In this document: positions 51,215 through 63,750 of the stretch, piece after piece | How positions within the stretch are numbered: the stretch's first letter is position 1 | Layout of the letters: the number at the start of each line of letters is the position of its first letter | Source: Antechinus flavipes | Taxonomy: Eukaryota | Length of the DNA stretch: 64,000 nucleotides | Assembly: GCF_016432865.1 (NCBI RefSeq) | Contig: NC_067404.1 | Location: forward strand, 66,092,001-66,156,000 | Direction: 5' to 3' | Position numbers and translations under genes: made by a program | Notes under the pieces: generated by a model | Told to the model about the DNA's origin: nothing | Seen by the model: the letters and a program-made list of their open reading frames with translations, nothing else | Databases searched by the model: none

Positions 51215-51480
51215 AGTAGCCAGGCCCACTGGAAAGAGTAATGGCTTTGCAGATAGAAGACCTGGGTTCAAACGCCATCTATGACACTGACTGCGTGACT
51301 TCAGACAAATCCCTTTGTTTCTCTGACACTCATTTTCCTCATTTGTAAAATGTGGATAATAAAACAGAACAATTTCTCATACCAGTAAATTTACAAGTAT
51401 GGTCTGTTCCCTCTGCTACAAAAATGGCACCTATCTCACAAGGCTGTCATGAAGCTATAACAATATGATATAGTTCAAGT
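51215..51480 (+). mobile_element. MIR SINE
   Basis: gaagacctgggttcaaacgcc...cattttcctcatttgtaaaatg...acctatctcacaaggctgtcatgaag. Confidence 0.8.
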
Positions 51481-51894
51481 AAGTTACAAATCAGAAACTT
51501 GATATATTAGCTCTTGCTACTTAACAATTATATATTGATTAAATTATTTCAGTTTATTTTATAGAATTTTATATTATTCAATTAATTGTATAGCTTAAAA
51601 ATTATACCTAATAATTGGGAATATGAATATTTCCTTAATCCTCAAAAAGTCATCAATGGTGAATATATGTTGGGAAAAACATTTCTGCCCAGATGAGGAT
51701 ATCTTCTCTCCACTCAAACATGTATTGTGCTTTCTAAAGAAGTAGCAAAGAGGAGAAGCACAGGGTCAGTTTTCTAGGGCCAAGGGGCAACATTCAAGTC
51801 TTATCTTTCATAGATTCACATTGCCCATGTCATCTCAGGACAGTCATGTAAACTCTCAAGTGTCTCAGGAAAGTCAGACTTAAAAGTTCCTCTA

Positions 51895-52075
51895 GAGCCA
51901 GCTAGATAGTAGAGTGGATGGAGCACTGCGTCTGCAATTAGAAAGTACAAATCTGGTATCAGACATAGGACCCAAAGCAAGTCACAACCTTTCTCTACCT
52001 CAGTTTCCTTATCTACAAAATGGGGATAATAATAGCACCTACCTGTGGGGCTGTTGATAACTATGACTGTGGTTA
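51895..52075 (+). mobile_element. MIR SINE
   Basis: cctcagtttccttatctacaaaatggggataataatagcacctacc. Confidence 0.85.
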
Positions 52076-53379
52076 TTATTTTTATATTGGTGGAAAGAAT
52101 TTACATACTATCTGTTCTCTCAACTGCTAAGTTCACAAAATCATGCTACATATTACAACCCAGTTCCGCATTCCTTCAGGTTGATACTGGCTAGCTCCCT
52201 CACAAATACAGGGAATTGCTAGTTAGATCGCAATGAGCACAAATAACGAATTCTGCACAACAGTCACATGTATTCAAATTCACACCACTCAAATTTATCA
52301 TCATGTACAATATGGCAATTGGTTCCAGCCCAAGACATAGATCATCTCCCAAGACATATGCAGACTTTCACAAGACTAAGGAAATTTCCGTTTCGAAGCT
52401 GATGTGGTATTGTGGAAATGGGGTTACTCGTGGAACGGGAAGACACCTGGGCTCAAAGGTTATTAGCTGGATGTCCTTGGGCATTCACAGCTCTGAGATT
52501 CAGTTGCCTAAGTCTGCAGTACTTCTTCTAATATTGCAATGCAGCTATCCATTAGTCATTCTGACTTTTACCAATCCACATCTTTCAGACCTCGTTGGTC
52601 TGAAAGACAACGGGTGGTCTTCCTGTCACCAGGAGGACAATGACAAGTCGAGCACAAGGTGGGTAGGCATGGATGAGTTACAATCTGCATCACTGGAATG
52701 AACTTCTACAGTAAGCAGATGATGTATCCCTTTTGAGTATTAGGATAATGCTTGTGGTATCTCTCAAATCATCGTGATAATTTCCGTGTAAACTTTACAG
52801 CACTAAATAAACATGACTCGTCACTATTCAAAGAGGAACAAAACATTCTCAGATTTACAAAGTGGCACAGTTACAATCAAGTCAGAATCCCATGCAAACC
52901 TGGGCAGATTTTAGAAACTGGCAGCTGGCATTGGGATAACTATACTAATAATGGACAGTAAGATATTCAGAAGAGTAAGAGAATAAAAGTTCTGGTTAAT
53001 TACTTGAGCTGCCTGGGTTATTATCCATGTCTCAAGTTGCAATTTAAAAAATGAAGTTCTGCTAAAAGTACCATGGACAGAGGCAGATCAGCACATGATA
53101 CTACTGTCTAGTAAGACAGAGAGGGGCTTAGTTCCTCATTGGCAGAGGGACCGATCCGACTGCCAACAACACGGCTCCTTGAAACGGTTAATATAAGGTG
53201 GTCAAACATTTCAGATTCTATATGACATTTGGTACTGAGAGCTAAACATCAGAATTTGCAGGCTAAATAACCATTTGGTTGTTTCTTCTGGAATACAAAG
53301 GAAACTCAGGGATACTCTTAGTATCTAGCCTGCCAGTCTCTGGATTACATTAGGAATGATAATGTAACACAAAGGCAAA

Positions 53380-53570
53380 GCACAGCACAGTAGAAAGAAC
53401 ACAGGTTTTAGAGTCTTGGGACCTGGGATCAAATTGTAACTCTGTCATACTTGTGAGACACTGGGCAAGTCCCTTTAACTTCTCGATATTTGAGTTCCCT
53501 CAATAATAAAAAGGAAGTTGCATTAGATGACACCTAAATGTCACTTCCAGCTGATATCATGAGATTGGAC
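53380..53570 (+). mobile_element. MIR3-type SINE
   Basis: gacctgggatcaaat...ctgggcaagtcccttt...cattagatgacacctaaatgtcacttccagc. Confidence 0.75.
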
Positions 53571-54842
53571 TCTATCCTAGAGGAAGCAAATTGATCCTTT
53601 AATGAGAAATCTAAAGCCAAGTAAGGTGACACAGAAACCATCAGAGATAGAGTAGGAAAATAAAGATAACACCATGCCACGGAAAGCCTTCAACTTTAAG
53701 AACTGGCACCCTTCTAATTGGCTAAGTGCTTCAATACATCATTGTTATAACATATTATATTCCTGTTAGCTCCATATTTCAGATGAAAAACTGAAGGTCA
53801 GAAGGAGAAGGGATTTACCCAAAGCCAACCAAAGAGTAAATGGAGGACCCAAGTCCAGGATCCCATTCCCTCTACCACACTGCTTCTCAGTAGAGGGTTC
53901 GCTGAGTAAGAGGATTATTGGGCAATGAAGGCAACAGGTAGAGAGATTATTCTCTCTAGAGAGATATTGTCAATGCAAAGAAGGAGTTTTGACTAAGATA
54001 AGGTGTCACGGATTAGCCTGAAGCAGAGAATCAAAGTAAACAACCAAAAGAGCATTCCCCATCAGAATGATATCAAGTCTGAAGCCCCATCCCTCCTACC
54101 TCCCCTAAACCCTCACGCAGGGAATTATTTGACCTTTATTTTTCTGAGAGTGGTTTTAGAACTGATACAAGGCAACAAAGTATTCTCTATTAGCAAATGA
54201 TCTTTGTCGCCGGAGCAGTCGGACCAAATATTTTCATTCATGTGACATGCATGAACAATGTATTCCCAGAAAACAATATCAGGCTCAGTTATGTCTTCCC
54301 AAATTATTAAAGGACAATTGCTTTAATTTCATGACAAAGTAGCTTTAATCTCTCCAAGCTGTATAGGATAATGCTATGTAATTTATTATGTACATTATAC
54401 TGGCGGCTGAGTCTTCTTGGCACACACTCTAATAGCAGTCAAACATCACCGCTTCTGTGCACATGCAGCCTACACATACACAACGCTCGCCATCCCTCTC
54501 GTCCCCAAGCAGATGGACAGCAATGACAATACTTGCATTTTCACTGAGCCCATACACCCACAGTGCTGGGAAAGATAGCTAACACAATGGATGACAGAAC
54601 TGGAAGCCAAAAAGATCTTACAAGTCCAGATGGGTTGCTGACCCAGGAATTCCGATATGATGAAATTTAATAGAGATAAATTTAGAATCTTACACTCTGG
54701 TTCAACAAATCAACTGCCCAAGTACAGGATGAGGAAACATTGGTAGGCAATGCATCAAGGGAAAAGGAGATAAAGGTCTGACTGGGTGGAAAGGTCGCTA
54801 TCAGTTTGCAATGCCACACGGCAGTGACAAAAACGAATGAGA

Positions 54843-54846
<4 letters not shown>

Positions 54847-54888
<42 letters not shown>

Positions 54889-55901
54889 ATTTTATTTTAT
54901 TTAATAATAATTTCGCATTGACAGAATCCATGCCAGGATAATTTCTACACGACATTATCCCTTGCAATCACTTATGTTTCATTTTTTCCCCTCCCTCCCT
55001 CCTCCCCCCCCCCCCCATGATGGCAAGCAGTCCTATATATGCTAAACATGTTGCAGTATATCCTAGATACAATACATATTTGCAGAACCAAACAGTTCTC
55101 TTGTTGCACAGGGAGAATTGGATTCAGAAGGTAAAAATAACTCGGGAAGAAAATCAAAAATGCAAATAGTTCACATTCATTTCCCAGTATTCCTTCTTTG
55201 GGTGTAGCTGTTTCTGTCCATCATTTCTCCAATGAAACTCAGTTAAGTCTCTTTGTCAGAGAAATCCACTTCCATCAGAATACATCCTCATACAATATCG
55301 TTGTCGAAGTGTATAATGATCTCCTGGTTCTGCTCATCTCACTTAGCATCAGTCCATGTAGGTCTCTCCAAGCCTCTCTGTATTCATCCTGCTGGTCATT
55401 CCTTACAGAGCAATAATATTCCATAACATTCATATACCACAATTTACCCAGCCATTCTCCAATTGATGGGCATCCATTCATTTTCCAGTTTCTGGCCACT
55501 ACAAACAGGGCTGCTACAAACATTTTGGCACATACAGGTCCCCTTCCCTTTTTTAGTATCTCTTTGGGGTATAAGCCCAATAGAAACACTGCTGGATCAA
55601 AGGGTATGCACAGTTTGATAACTTTTTGGGCATAATTCCAGATCGCTCTCCAGAATGGCTGGATTCGTTCACAACTCCACCAACAATGCATCAATGTCCC
55701 CGTTTTCCCGCATCCCCTCCAACATTCATCATTGTTTTTTCCTGTCATCTTAGCCAATCTGACAGGTGTGTAGTGATATCTCAGAGTTGTCTTAATTTGC
55801 ATTTCTCTGATCAATAGTGATTTGGAACACTCTTTCATGTGAGTGGTAATAGTTTCAATTTCTTCATCTGAAAATTGTCTGTTCATATCCTTTGACCATT
55901 T
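54847..55901 (-). mobile_element. Young 5'-truncated L1, 1.05 kb
   Basis: Exact 14-bp TSD acgaatgagatctt (54833-46, 55902-15) at TT|AAGA; 40 uninterrupted T; ORF2 C-terminus open for 203 codons. Confidence 0.98.
55275..55886 (-). pseudogene. L1 ORF2 C-terminal 203 aa (CCHC region), truncated
   Basis: CWRGCGKTGTLMHCWWSC motif, uninterrupted to the natural stop after YEDVF. Confidence 0.95.
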
Positions 55902-56049
55902 ACGAATGAGATCTTAAGAGATAAAACACTGAGGACATAGTAGGTCATAGTCATGCTACCTTGGTGAGTTCAAATCTAGAGGATTCTATTATGATCTAGG
56001 ATATCACATTTAAAGAAGAATATTGACAATCTGGAGCTCAGAGAACAAG

Positions 56050-56460
56050 GGGCAAAGTAAAACTTGGAGCAGGAGAGACCTTCAAGGTCATCAGGTATTC
56101 TGTGTCGATTTTATAGAGGAGAAACAATGAGGCTCAGAGGAGAAAAGCAAGTTGCTCGAAATTATATAGCTAAAGGAGGCAGCGAAGGGGTACTACAGTG
56201 GATAAAGCACCAGGCCTAGAGTAAGGAAAATTCACTTTTCCAAGTTCAAATCTCAGATGCTTATTAGCAATTGTGACTCTGGGCAAGTCACCTGATAACA
56301 AATCTGGGAAGGAAGCATTACCAATATCATTATTACTTTCATTGCTGATTAACACATGAGAAAAGTAAGGTCAATGAAGATCAAGTGACTTGCCCAAGGC
56401 CACCTAACTACAATGTGTCTCAGGTTGGATTCAAACTCAAGTACTTTGCATATCATCCTA
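56050..56460. mobile_element. Cluster of three CORE-SINE fragments (minus, plus, minus)
   Basis: gaggctcagaggag...; acagtggataaagcaccaggcct...ctctgggcaagtcac; caagtgacttgcccaaggccac. Confidence 0.7.
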
Positions 56461-57759
56461 GAAGTAAGAGAGACACTGGAGTTAATGGAACAGAGGAATG
56501 ACAAGGTAAGAACCAACGATATTGCAGTAAATGCAAGGGTATGCATCAAAAGTCAATAGGAAGCTTCAAGGGAGGGACATTAGCCCTCTTGCCAGGTGAC
56601 CTAAATATGCAAAAAGGCCAAAACAAAGATAACTGAAGCAGATGGGTCAAGCTCTGTTGCAGAAGATAAAGAAAATATTGTGAGCATCCAGCAATTAGAC
56701 AAAAAATAAAACAGACTCTGTACGAGCACAAGAAAAATCTAAACTAGTTGTAAAGATGGGAATGAATTTGGAGTCAGGTCCCTGACTGGTTAGCAAAAGT
56801 AAAGATCAATACCACATTAGAAGGGAAGAAATAGATGAGAAAGTGCTGCATGAACATAGATATAAATAGCACAAATTTACACTGCTTAAACAAGTTGCCA
56901 ACTCCCCCAAGAGGAAAAAGACAAAAATAACTCTAGTGACTATTTTTTAGGGTGGTGTAATCTGGGCAAAACAGGCACCACAATTACGTGTTTGCTCCCT
57001 GCAGCAAACACTTAATCTTCATGCAAAGCCAAAAGAAATGGCAGCCATCACTGCATGGGGTAAATGACAAATTCATCCGAGCAACATTGAGGGATGGGAA
57101 ATGAAAAGGAACATCAGCATTGCCTTGCACAATAATGACACACCATTGAAAGGAAAAAGAGTCTGCAGAGGTGGGACTGAGATCCTGACAAACCTGACCA
57201 GGATAGAAGAAACTGGAAGGGAATGAAACTGAACAGACCTACAAGTATGCCAATGGAAATTTATTCTTATCATGAGCAAAGGGAGATCCACCCTTTCAAC
57301 TCAATAATGGGCCTTCTATGTGGAAGTTGGCGATGTAATTTAATACAGCTCCATTCAACAACATTTACTGAACAGCTATGATGTCCCAGGAATTATGCCA
57401 GGAGAAGGAGATTGAAAGACAAAACCACATAATTCCTGCCCTCAAGGATCTTGCATTCCTCTGAGAAACTAAATCTCACACAATGCATATGCAAAGTAAT
57501 TTTGAAAAAGAACAAAGGCTAATAATTTCCATGTCGCAAGAGAGGACATGAAAGCTATGCTTTTAAGAGGAAGTTGGGCAGAGCAGCTGAACTTTACCCA
57601 ATATATAGTAGAAATCTATATAGTTGGATATATTCAAGGAAGCATTAAAGGGAGAATTTTCAAGATAACTTTAAAGAGCTATCTTGAAGATTTGGAAATA
57701 ATTGTTTTAAGTTGAATTGAGGAGATTTCATCAGCTATCAAACTATCTATATCTACTTT

Positions 57760-58330
57760 TCATCTTTACAAAATTTGATAAAATGATCTCAATGGGCTTT
57801 GAAGGGATCATTAAAGGAAAAATAAGAGGAGAACTCATAGGCTTTCACACATTATCTTCTACTTTAGAATGCATCTTTGCATTCACAGAAGTGACCAAAA
57901 GGTCATGGAATTGACCAGAAGAAGAAAAGCCATCATTATTTACTATTTACTGATTTCAAAAAAGTATGGGTCAATAGGACAAAGTGCTATATGAAAAGTT
58001 CTCCTCAAACAAGATATTAGTCACATGCTAGAATCAGAAAACAACAAGAGATGCAAACATGTAGGTTGTTTTCTTCAATAATTTTGAATGGCAACATCGC
58101 GTGTCATATAAAATTATGATCTATATGTTCCTGCACCATCATTCCCAAACATCATGGGTGGTATCCTATGCAGAGTCCAAACAGAACATGAATCCTGTAT
58201 TGATGATATGATTCCTCAAATGCACCATTTTGTGTATGAAGTTGTAGGAGGTGCAGAGCATAACAGGGCTTCCTTGAGAAGATCTCTAGTCACAAAAAAA
58301 TCATAAAGTCATAGCTTAATATCTTAGAGA
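57760..58330 (+). mobile_element. Old RTE-clade LINE RT fragment
   Basis: ataggctttcacac...atctttgcattcacagaagtgacc...tttactgatttcaaaaaagtatggg resembles a decayed GF...DHIF...DFKKAFDS RT region. Confidence 0.5.
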
Positions 58331-58794
58331 TAATCTAGAATTTGTAGAAACTTTATACATTTATGCTTATATACCGTATCATCATTTTACATCTGGATAA
58401 ACAAAGACATAAATAAGTCAAGAGACTTGCCTAAGGCCACAGAAGTAATAAAAGGTGGAGCTGAGATCAGTCCACAGTGGAAAAATAAAGTGGACAAGAA
58501 GATACAACTGAGGCACTACAACTCACTCAGAGAGGCTGTGCAACAGAGGCTATATAAACAAAAAAGCACAGCAAAAAGATAATATGCTCGAAAAAGATCA
58601 CTTTGGGACAACTATTCAACACTTCTGATGAGTCTAACCTGCTCAATGATGCAACAGACTCATCTTAGAACACCATGAATTCAGAAAACTAAAAGCTACT
58701 AGTAACTGGAAGGACAATGAAAACACACCCAATGGTGTTACACTGGTTTAAAGGAAGCTATAAGGATTTTTTCTTTTCCTTCTTCATCCCTTAC

Positions 58795-58904
58795 CTAGTA
58801 GAGAACACCACAACTTCGCAGAGGGAGAACTTCTTTTGCAATATGTAGTCTTGGCCAGGAAAACAATCAGTCCACAGCACCAAGACAGAGGAATACTTGA
58901 ATAC
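58795..58904 (-). CDS. Candidate exon (110 nt)
   Basis: Minus strand: ccctgtttttgcaatccag| ... CTAG|gtaagg; two open frames, e.g. VFKYSSVLVLWTDCFPGQDYILQKKFSLCEVVVFST; unrecognised. Confidence 0.2.
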
Positions 58905-59280
58905 CTGGATTGCAAAAACAGGGCAATCAAGGTAGGGTTAAGTGAGCAATGATTTAAAGGCATGAAACTATATAAGCAAGCCACATCAACCTTCCTGACC
59001 TGTGCCCACAAGGTCCTCTGGCCTACTGTGGGTTCCAAGGCATCCATTTTTCAAAGTGACAGACAAAAATGCATTTATTGCTTTCCTAGGGCAGTTATGT
59101 GAACCATGACAGAAGACCTCTACAGACCTGTCAAATCTGACAGCCACTTGTAATGATTCATGTCAGGGAAAAATATTTCCAGAAGAAAATTAGAAAGTAT
59201 GACTAGGTATGAAGAAGTCCTAGGCAACAAACTGGGCAACAAACTATGTCCTGAGGGCATAGGAAATTATCTGTCTACCT

Positions 59281-59410
59281 ATCTAGAGATCTATAGATAG
59301 AGACACATATGTCTATATGCAAGTATACATATGCATACGTATCCCATGTGTGTATACACATATACATGTATTGTATGCATACACACACACACTCACATGT
59401 ATATTCTATG
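59281..59410. repeat. Degenerate (TA)/(CA) low-complexity tract
   Basis: Alternating purine-pyrimidine sequence seen directly. Confidence 0.8.
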
Positions 59411-60189
59411 TTCTAATGTCTTCATTTTCTTCCCCAGGCCTTCATAATCCCTAGTCATATTTACTAATTTAATGTATGTGTGTGTGTACAAAATCAGTGC
59501 TACCAATTGAAAGTAGGGGCTTCAGAAGGGAAAGACAGACTTAAAAAGTGAATAGTTGGCTGCGTAGATGGTGTCTGAGAGAGGATTTGTATTTCTGGAT
59601 CGCTGTTTAAAATACAGAAATAATGAAGACTAGTAGAAATGAATTTGCCTAATTATACAAATCTGAGCCAAGAAGACTTTGGGTTGAAAAGGTCAAGGGG
59701 AAGAGGAGTATACCTATAAATAGACCCCAAGCCAGACATTGAAAGGAGTAGTAGATATAACAGGAACTAGCAACGCAGAGTAACAATGATTCTCAGGAAA
59801 TAACATCCGAGGGAAGAATAAAGCAGGAAAACTCAAGGTCTGAGAGTAATATACAAATATGCAAAATATGGATAAAAAGTGAAACATTTCATCTAACACA
59901 AAGAGAGAAATGTAATTACACTCCTGGCATCACGAAGACTGGAATGTGGCTCTGGAAACAAATCTATTATTTAAAAGACAACAGATAACCTATGGGTAAG
60001 AGGTGGAAAAGCCAGACATACATACATGTGCAGATATACATATATACACAAATATGCACACCTACATGTTATAGAGATGAAATACTCATGTGTATGTTTG
60101 TGTGTCTATCTTATGGGCTAAGGTCTTCAGTTTCTTGCTCACCCTCTTCCTCTCCCTCTCTCAGATTTAAAAAGAAGTCCTCTTGACTT

Positions 60190-60420
60190 TAGGCCATGTA
60201 GCAGATAGGGTGCTAGGCTTGGAGTCAGGACAACTTGTGGAAATCCAGTCTCATACACATACTAGCTATGTGATCCTGGGTAAGCCACTTCCTACTGTTT
60301 GCCTCAGTTTCTTGCTCTGTAAAATAAGCCAGAGAAAGAAATGGCAGACACTCTGGTATACTTGCCAAAAAGACCCCAAATGAGTCCACAGACAGTAAAT
60401 GACTGAATACTACTTCACCA
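60190..60420 (+). mobile_element. MAR1-type SINE
   Basis: gctaggcttggagtcagga...gcctcagtttc...gaaatggcagacactctggtatacttgccaaaaagacccc. Confidence 0.85.
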
Positions 60421-60469
60421 CACAGAAGAGAAGATATGACAACTGCATTCAAGTATCTGATAAGCAGTC

Positions 60470-60755
60470 ACTCATGTGGAAGAGGTGATATATGCTCTGT
60501 ATGGCCCTAGAGCAGAGGTAGGAACAATGTTTATAAGTTGCAAAGAGCTAAATTTCGGCATGCTATAAATAGAAACTTCTCAACAAGTACTATCCCAAAT
60601 TGGAATGAGCTTGCCTTGGAGAAAGTAGGTTGTCCCCAGTTTGAGTCTTTAAGCAAAAGCTGAATTCTTAGAAGTCAAGGGACATGAGGACTTTGTAAAC
60701 TTTTTATAGTGGAGGGGTTCAGTTAGATGCCCTCTGAGATCTGATCCAACTCTAA
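60470..60755 (+). mobile_element. L3/CR1 3' end
   Basis: gctatcccaaattggaatgagcttgcc-like core...tctttaagcaaaagctg...gttagatgccctctgagatc. Confidence 0.7.
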
Positions 60756-60909
60756 TTTGGGGGGCAAGACTGAAAGATGATATAGTGAAGTGCATTCCAA
60801 ACAAGTTAAATGACTGGATCTTCAAGAACTGTCATTAATGATGTAATATTAATGTGGACAGAAATCTACATTGGAGGGCCCTCCAATTTATTAAAATTGA
60901 TTAAATTTT

Positions 60910-61165
60910 CAGAGAACAGGAAGATAGGGCTAATATGCTAGATACAGAGTCTGTATCCAAAAAAATTGGGGTGAATCAAATAACATGAAACTCGCTAGGA
61001 ACATGTGTAAAGTTCTACATTTGGGTGCCAAAAAAAAAAAATTAGCAGCACACGTGAAGAATAGGGGCAGTATGGCTAGAGAACTGGTTATCTGAGAACA
61101 ACTGGAGGATGTTCAGAGAACTGCTAGTTCAATATAAGTCAACATGTGACATATGTGACATGAAA
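60910..61165 (+). mobile_element. L3/CR1 fragment
   Basis: aacatgaaactcgctaggaacatgtgtaaagttctacatttggg...ttcaatataagtcaaca. Confidence 0.7.
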
Positions 61166-62254
61166 CCCCCTGAAATGAAAAAGCTCCACCAAGAGGCACA
61201 GAAAAAAGCAAGAAAAAGGTGAGAGTTACATAGTATTCTACTTTGGGATCATAGGGTTCATTAAACTATGTTCCTAATTTATTTCCTATTGTCACGTGTG
61301 TTGTTTCTATTCTCTTCCTTAGGATGTATATCACATATGTTTCCTTCTTCATATTTTGTAATTCCAAGTGCTATACCTCCTCTGAGGAATGCAAATGAAT
61401 TGATAATCCTTCCTAGAAAATAAATACACAGAGACATGGGTATACATACACAGCTATATTAGGAAGTATAGCTTTCTCCTCTTATTAAGACATTGCTATA
61501 TTAGAATTTTATTGGCCCTCTCCATAAAATCCGAGTCGGCAATTTACACGTAAGATACTAAATGAAAAACTCTAAACATCCATCAGAGTCTCTGATTCTC
61601 ATTTGAGAAAACAACACAAGGCCATCTATTCAAACTACCGGGAGAAGGTCACGATCCAATTAATTAGCTATCATCTTGTATATGTACAAAATTTTAATTG
61701 TTTCTTGACTTATTTTGCGTTCACCACTAAGACTAGCCCAGATCTCCAGTATTTTATCCAATTATAACTTCACAGATAAGTACACACCTAGTTCAAATGA
61801 TGCCTGGGATCATAGCCAAACTTGAATAAATAGGGAAACATTCCAATCTTATTAACTCATCCTCCTCAATCGGCTACAATGCTCAAAGATTCCACAGCAT
61901 ACATTTGGAAGCAGAGCTAATAGATCATAGTTTACTTTCCCAACAATTAACATCCCTATCTCACATCAGAGCCTGGACTATTCCAATTTCAATTTTGTGC
62001 CCATTTTCTCATTCTCATTCGTTTTTTCCTCAGTTCTGATCTTTGTTATGACTACACATTGTAATGCTATGGATTTCCAAAGTTCCGTACACAGGAAAAA
62101 GGCAGAACTGCCACAGACTTTGGAATCTTCCCACCTCTGATAAGCACAGGTCATGATACCAAGCATGATACCTCTCAGCTGCCCCAGGCCACTCTGCAAG
62201 ACTGTTTCACAAGTGATGGCAACATTTAAAGAGAAATTCTCCATACCAGAAACA

Positions 62255-62640
62255 CACACAATACATATACACATATATGCAATAAATATCTACAAAATAT
62301 AACACACATGTGCACACTTACAAATATACAGACACATCTTTATAATACACATGCACACTGATATATACACATATGTACATATGTCATCCACTTGTACACA
62401 AAAGTATATACAAATACACACACACACATCCAGAACACATACCTTCACCAATATACTATATGGACAAACCCACAGATATACACAAATATGATATGCATAT
62501 ATATATAATATGTATGAATATATGCATTTATATGCATATATACAATATATGCAGAAGTACAATACAGGTATATATCCCCATATTCACAATAAACACATAT
62601 GAACAAAAATACATATGTACATACTCCTAGGTTACCTACT
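62255..62640. repeat. Long degenerate (CA)/(TA) low-complexity tract
   Basis: About 385 bp of decayed alternating repeats; explains ORFs 62290-62562 and 62373-62630. Confidence 0.85.
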
Positions 62641-62659
62641 AAATCTGCAACTTAGAAAA

Positions 62660-62800
62660 GTCTTAGAGATTAGCTGATGAACATATACATGACTTGTCAC
62701 AGACATAGGACATAAAATCAGAAAGCTTTAGAGGTGGGATCTGAACCCAGAACTTCACACCTCCAAGCCCAGCCATTTCTACTATATCGTGTTGCCTCTA
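62660..62800 (-). mobile_element. MIR SINE fragment
   Basis: tgacttgtcac...gggatctgaacccagaacttc...ctccaagcccagcc. Confidence 0.65.
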
Positions 62801-63269
62801 AACATAACATACTACATTGTGGGGGAAAAAAGGAAAAAGGGCAAGGAAATCCTTAAAATGTAAAGAAAAAAACATTATTATCTATATATTACACATGAAT
62901 TTGTTACTCGAGTAACTATATATAAAATAAACAAAAAATTGTTAGTCAAAAATGGATTTTGGCAAGTTAAACTTTCTTACAGACTTTTAAGTATCCTTTC
63001 CCACTACCCTTCTCAGGTAGTAAGAAACTAGATCACAGAATTTTTAAAAAATGAAGCTTCTACTTGTACACTTTCATTAAGTAATCACTCTACCAGATAC
63101 ATACTCTAAGCAAGTCCAACATACAGAGATGCAAAAAAGCAAACATTAATGGTATTGCCTCATTTCTAACTTGGCTGCACGACTCTGGGACTTCTTTGAC
63201 TTATCTACCATGGCTCCATGTACCTTCCGCTTTCCTCCATTGCTTTTCAGGTTTTTTTTTTTTTGTGGG

Positions 63270-63400
63270 CAGTCTCCTTTCATTACATTATAAGCTTCTT
63301 GGGGCCAGAAACTGTCTTTCTTTTTTCTATTTGTATCCCCAGCACTTAGCACAGGACCGGGCACACAGAGGACACTTAAGAAATTGGCCGACTGATTATG
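63270..63400 (+). mobile_element. L2 3' end
   Basis: tataagcttcttggggccagaaactgtc...tttgtatccccagcacttagcacagg. Confidence 0.88.
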
Positions 63401-63419
63401 CAACACAATATTAAAAACA

Positions 63420-63750
63420 AAGTCAGTCTGAGTATCACAGAATAACAGAAGTATAATGAAACATTACTGTGCTGTGAAAACCAAAAAATAAATGCTTTCG
63501 AGAAACATGAAATAATGTGTTCCCATTCAGAGGGGTGGAGAATTCCAGATGCAAAATGCTACATATGCTACCAGATGTGGTTGCTAGATTGGTTTGTTTG
63601 GCTCAGCTGTTGTTTCCTAATCCTGTGTTATAACAGTGGTAGTAGTGAATGGGGAGATTACTGTTATGTAAAAAAAGATGTCAATAAAGCTTTTAAATAT
63701 GTTAACTTTAAGTACATTAAACTATTTTATACAGTGTTACTGCTTTTTGC
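63420..63750 (+). mobile_element. Old L1 3' region
   Basis: aatgaaacattactgtgctgtg...cagaggggtggagaattccagatgcaaaatg. Confidence 0.55.

Larger units (their letters stand above)
54640..55990 (+). mobile_element. L3/CR1 fragment split by a young L1
   Basis: atgaaatttaatagagataaatttagaatcttacactctggttcaacaaatcaactgcccaagtacagg is typical of L3; sequence resumes after the L1 TSD. Confidence 0.75.

Noticed and set aside
55198-55817. Plus-strand ORFs of 63-72 aa repeated at 23678, 15114 and 35264
   Set aside because: Antisense frames of L1 3' ends; they recur because the element recurs.
62290-62630. Overlapping Y/I/C/H-rich ORFs
   Set aside because: Artefacts of a degenerate (CA)/(TA) tract.
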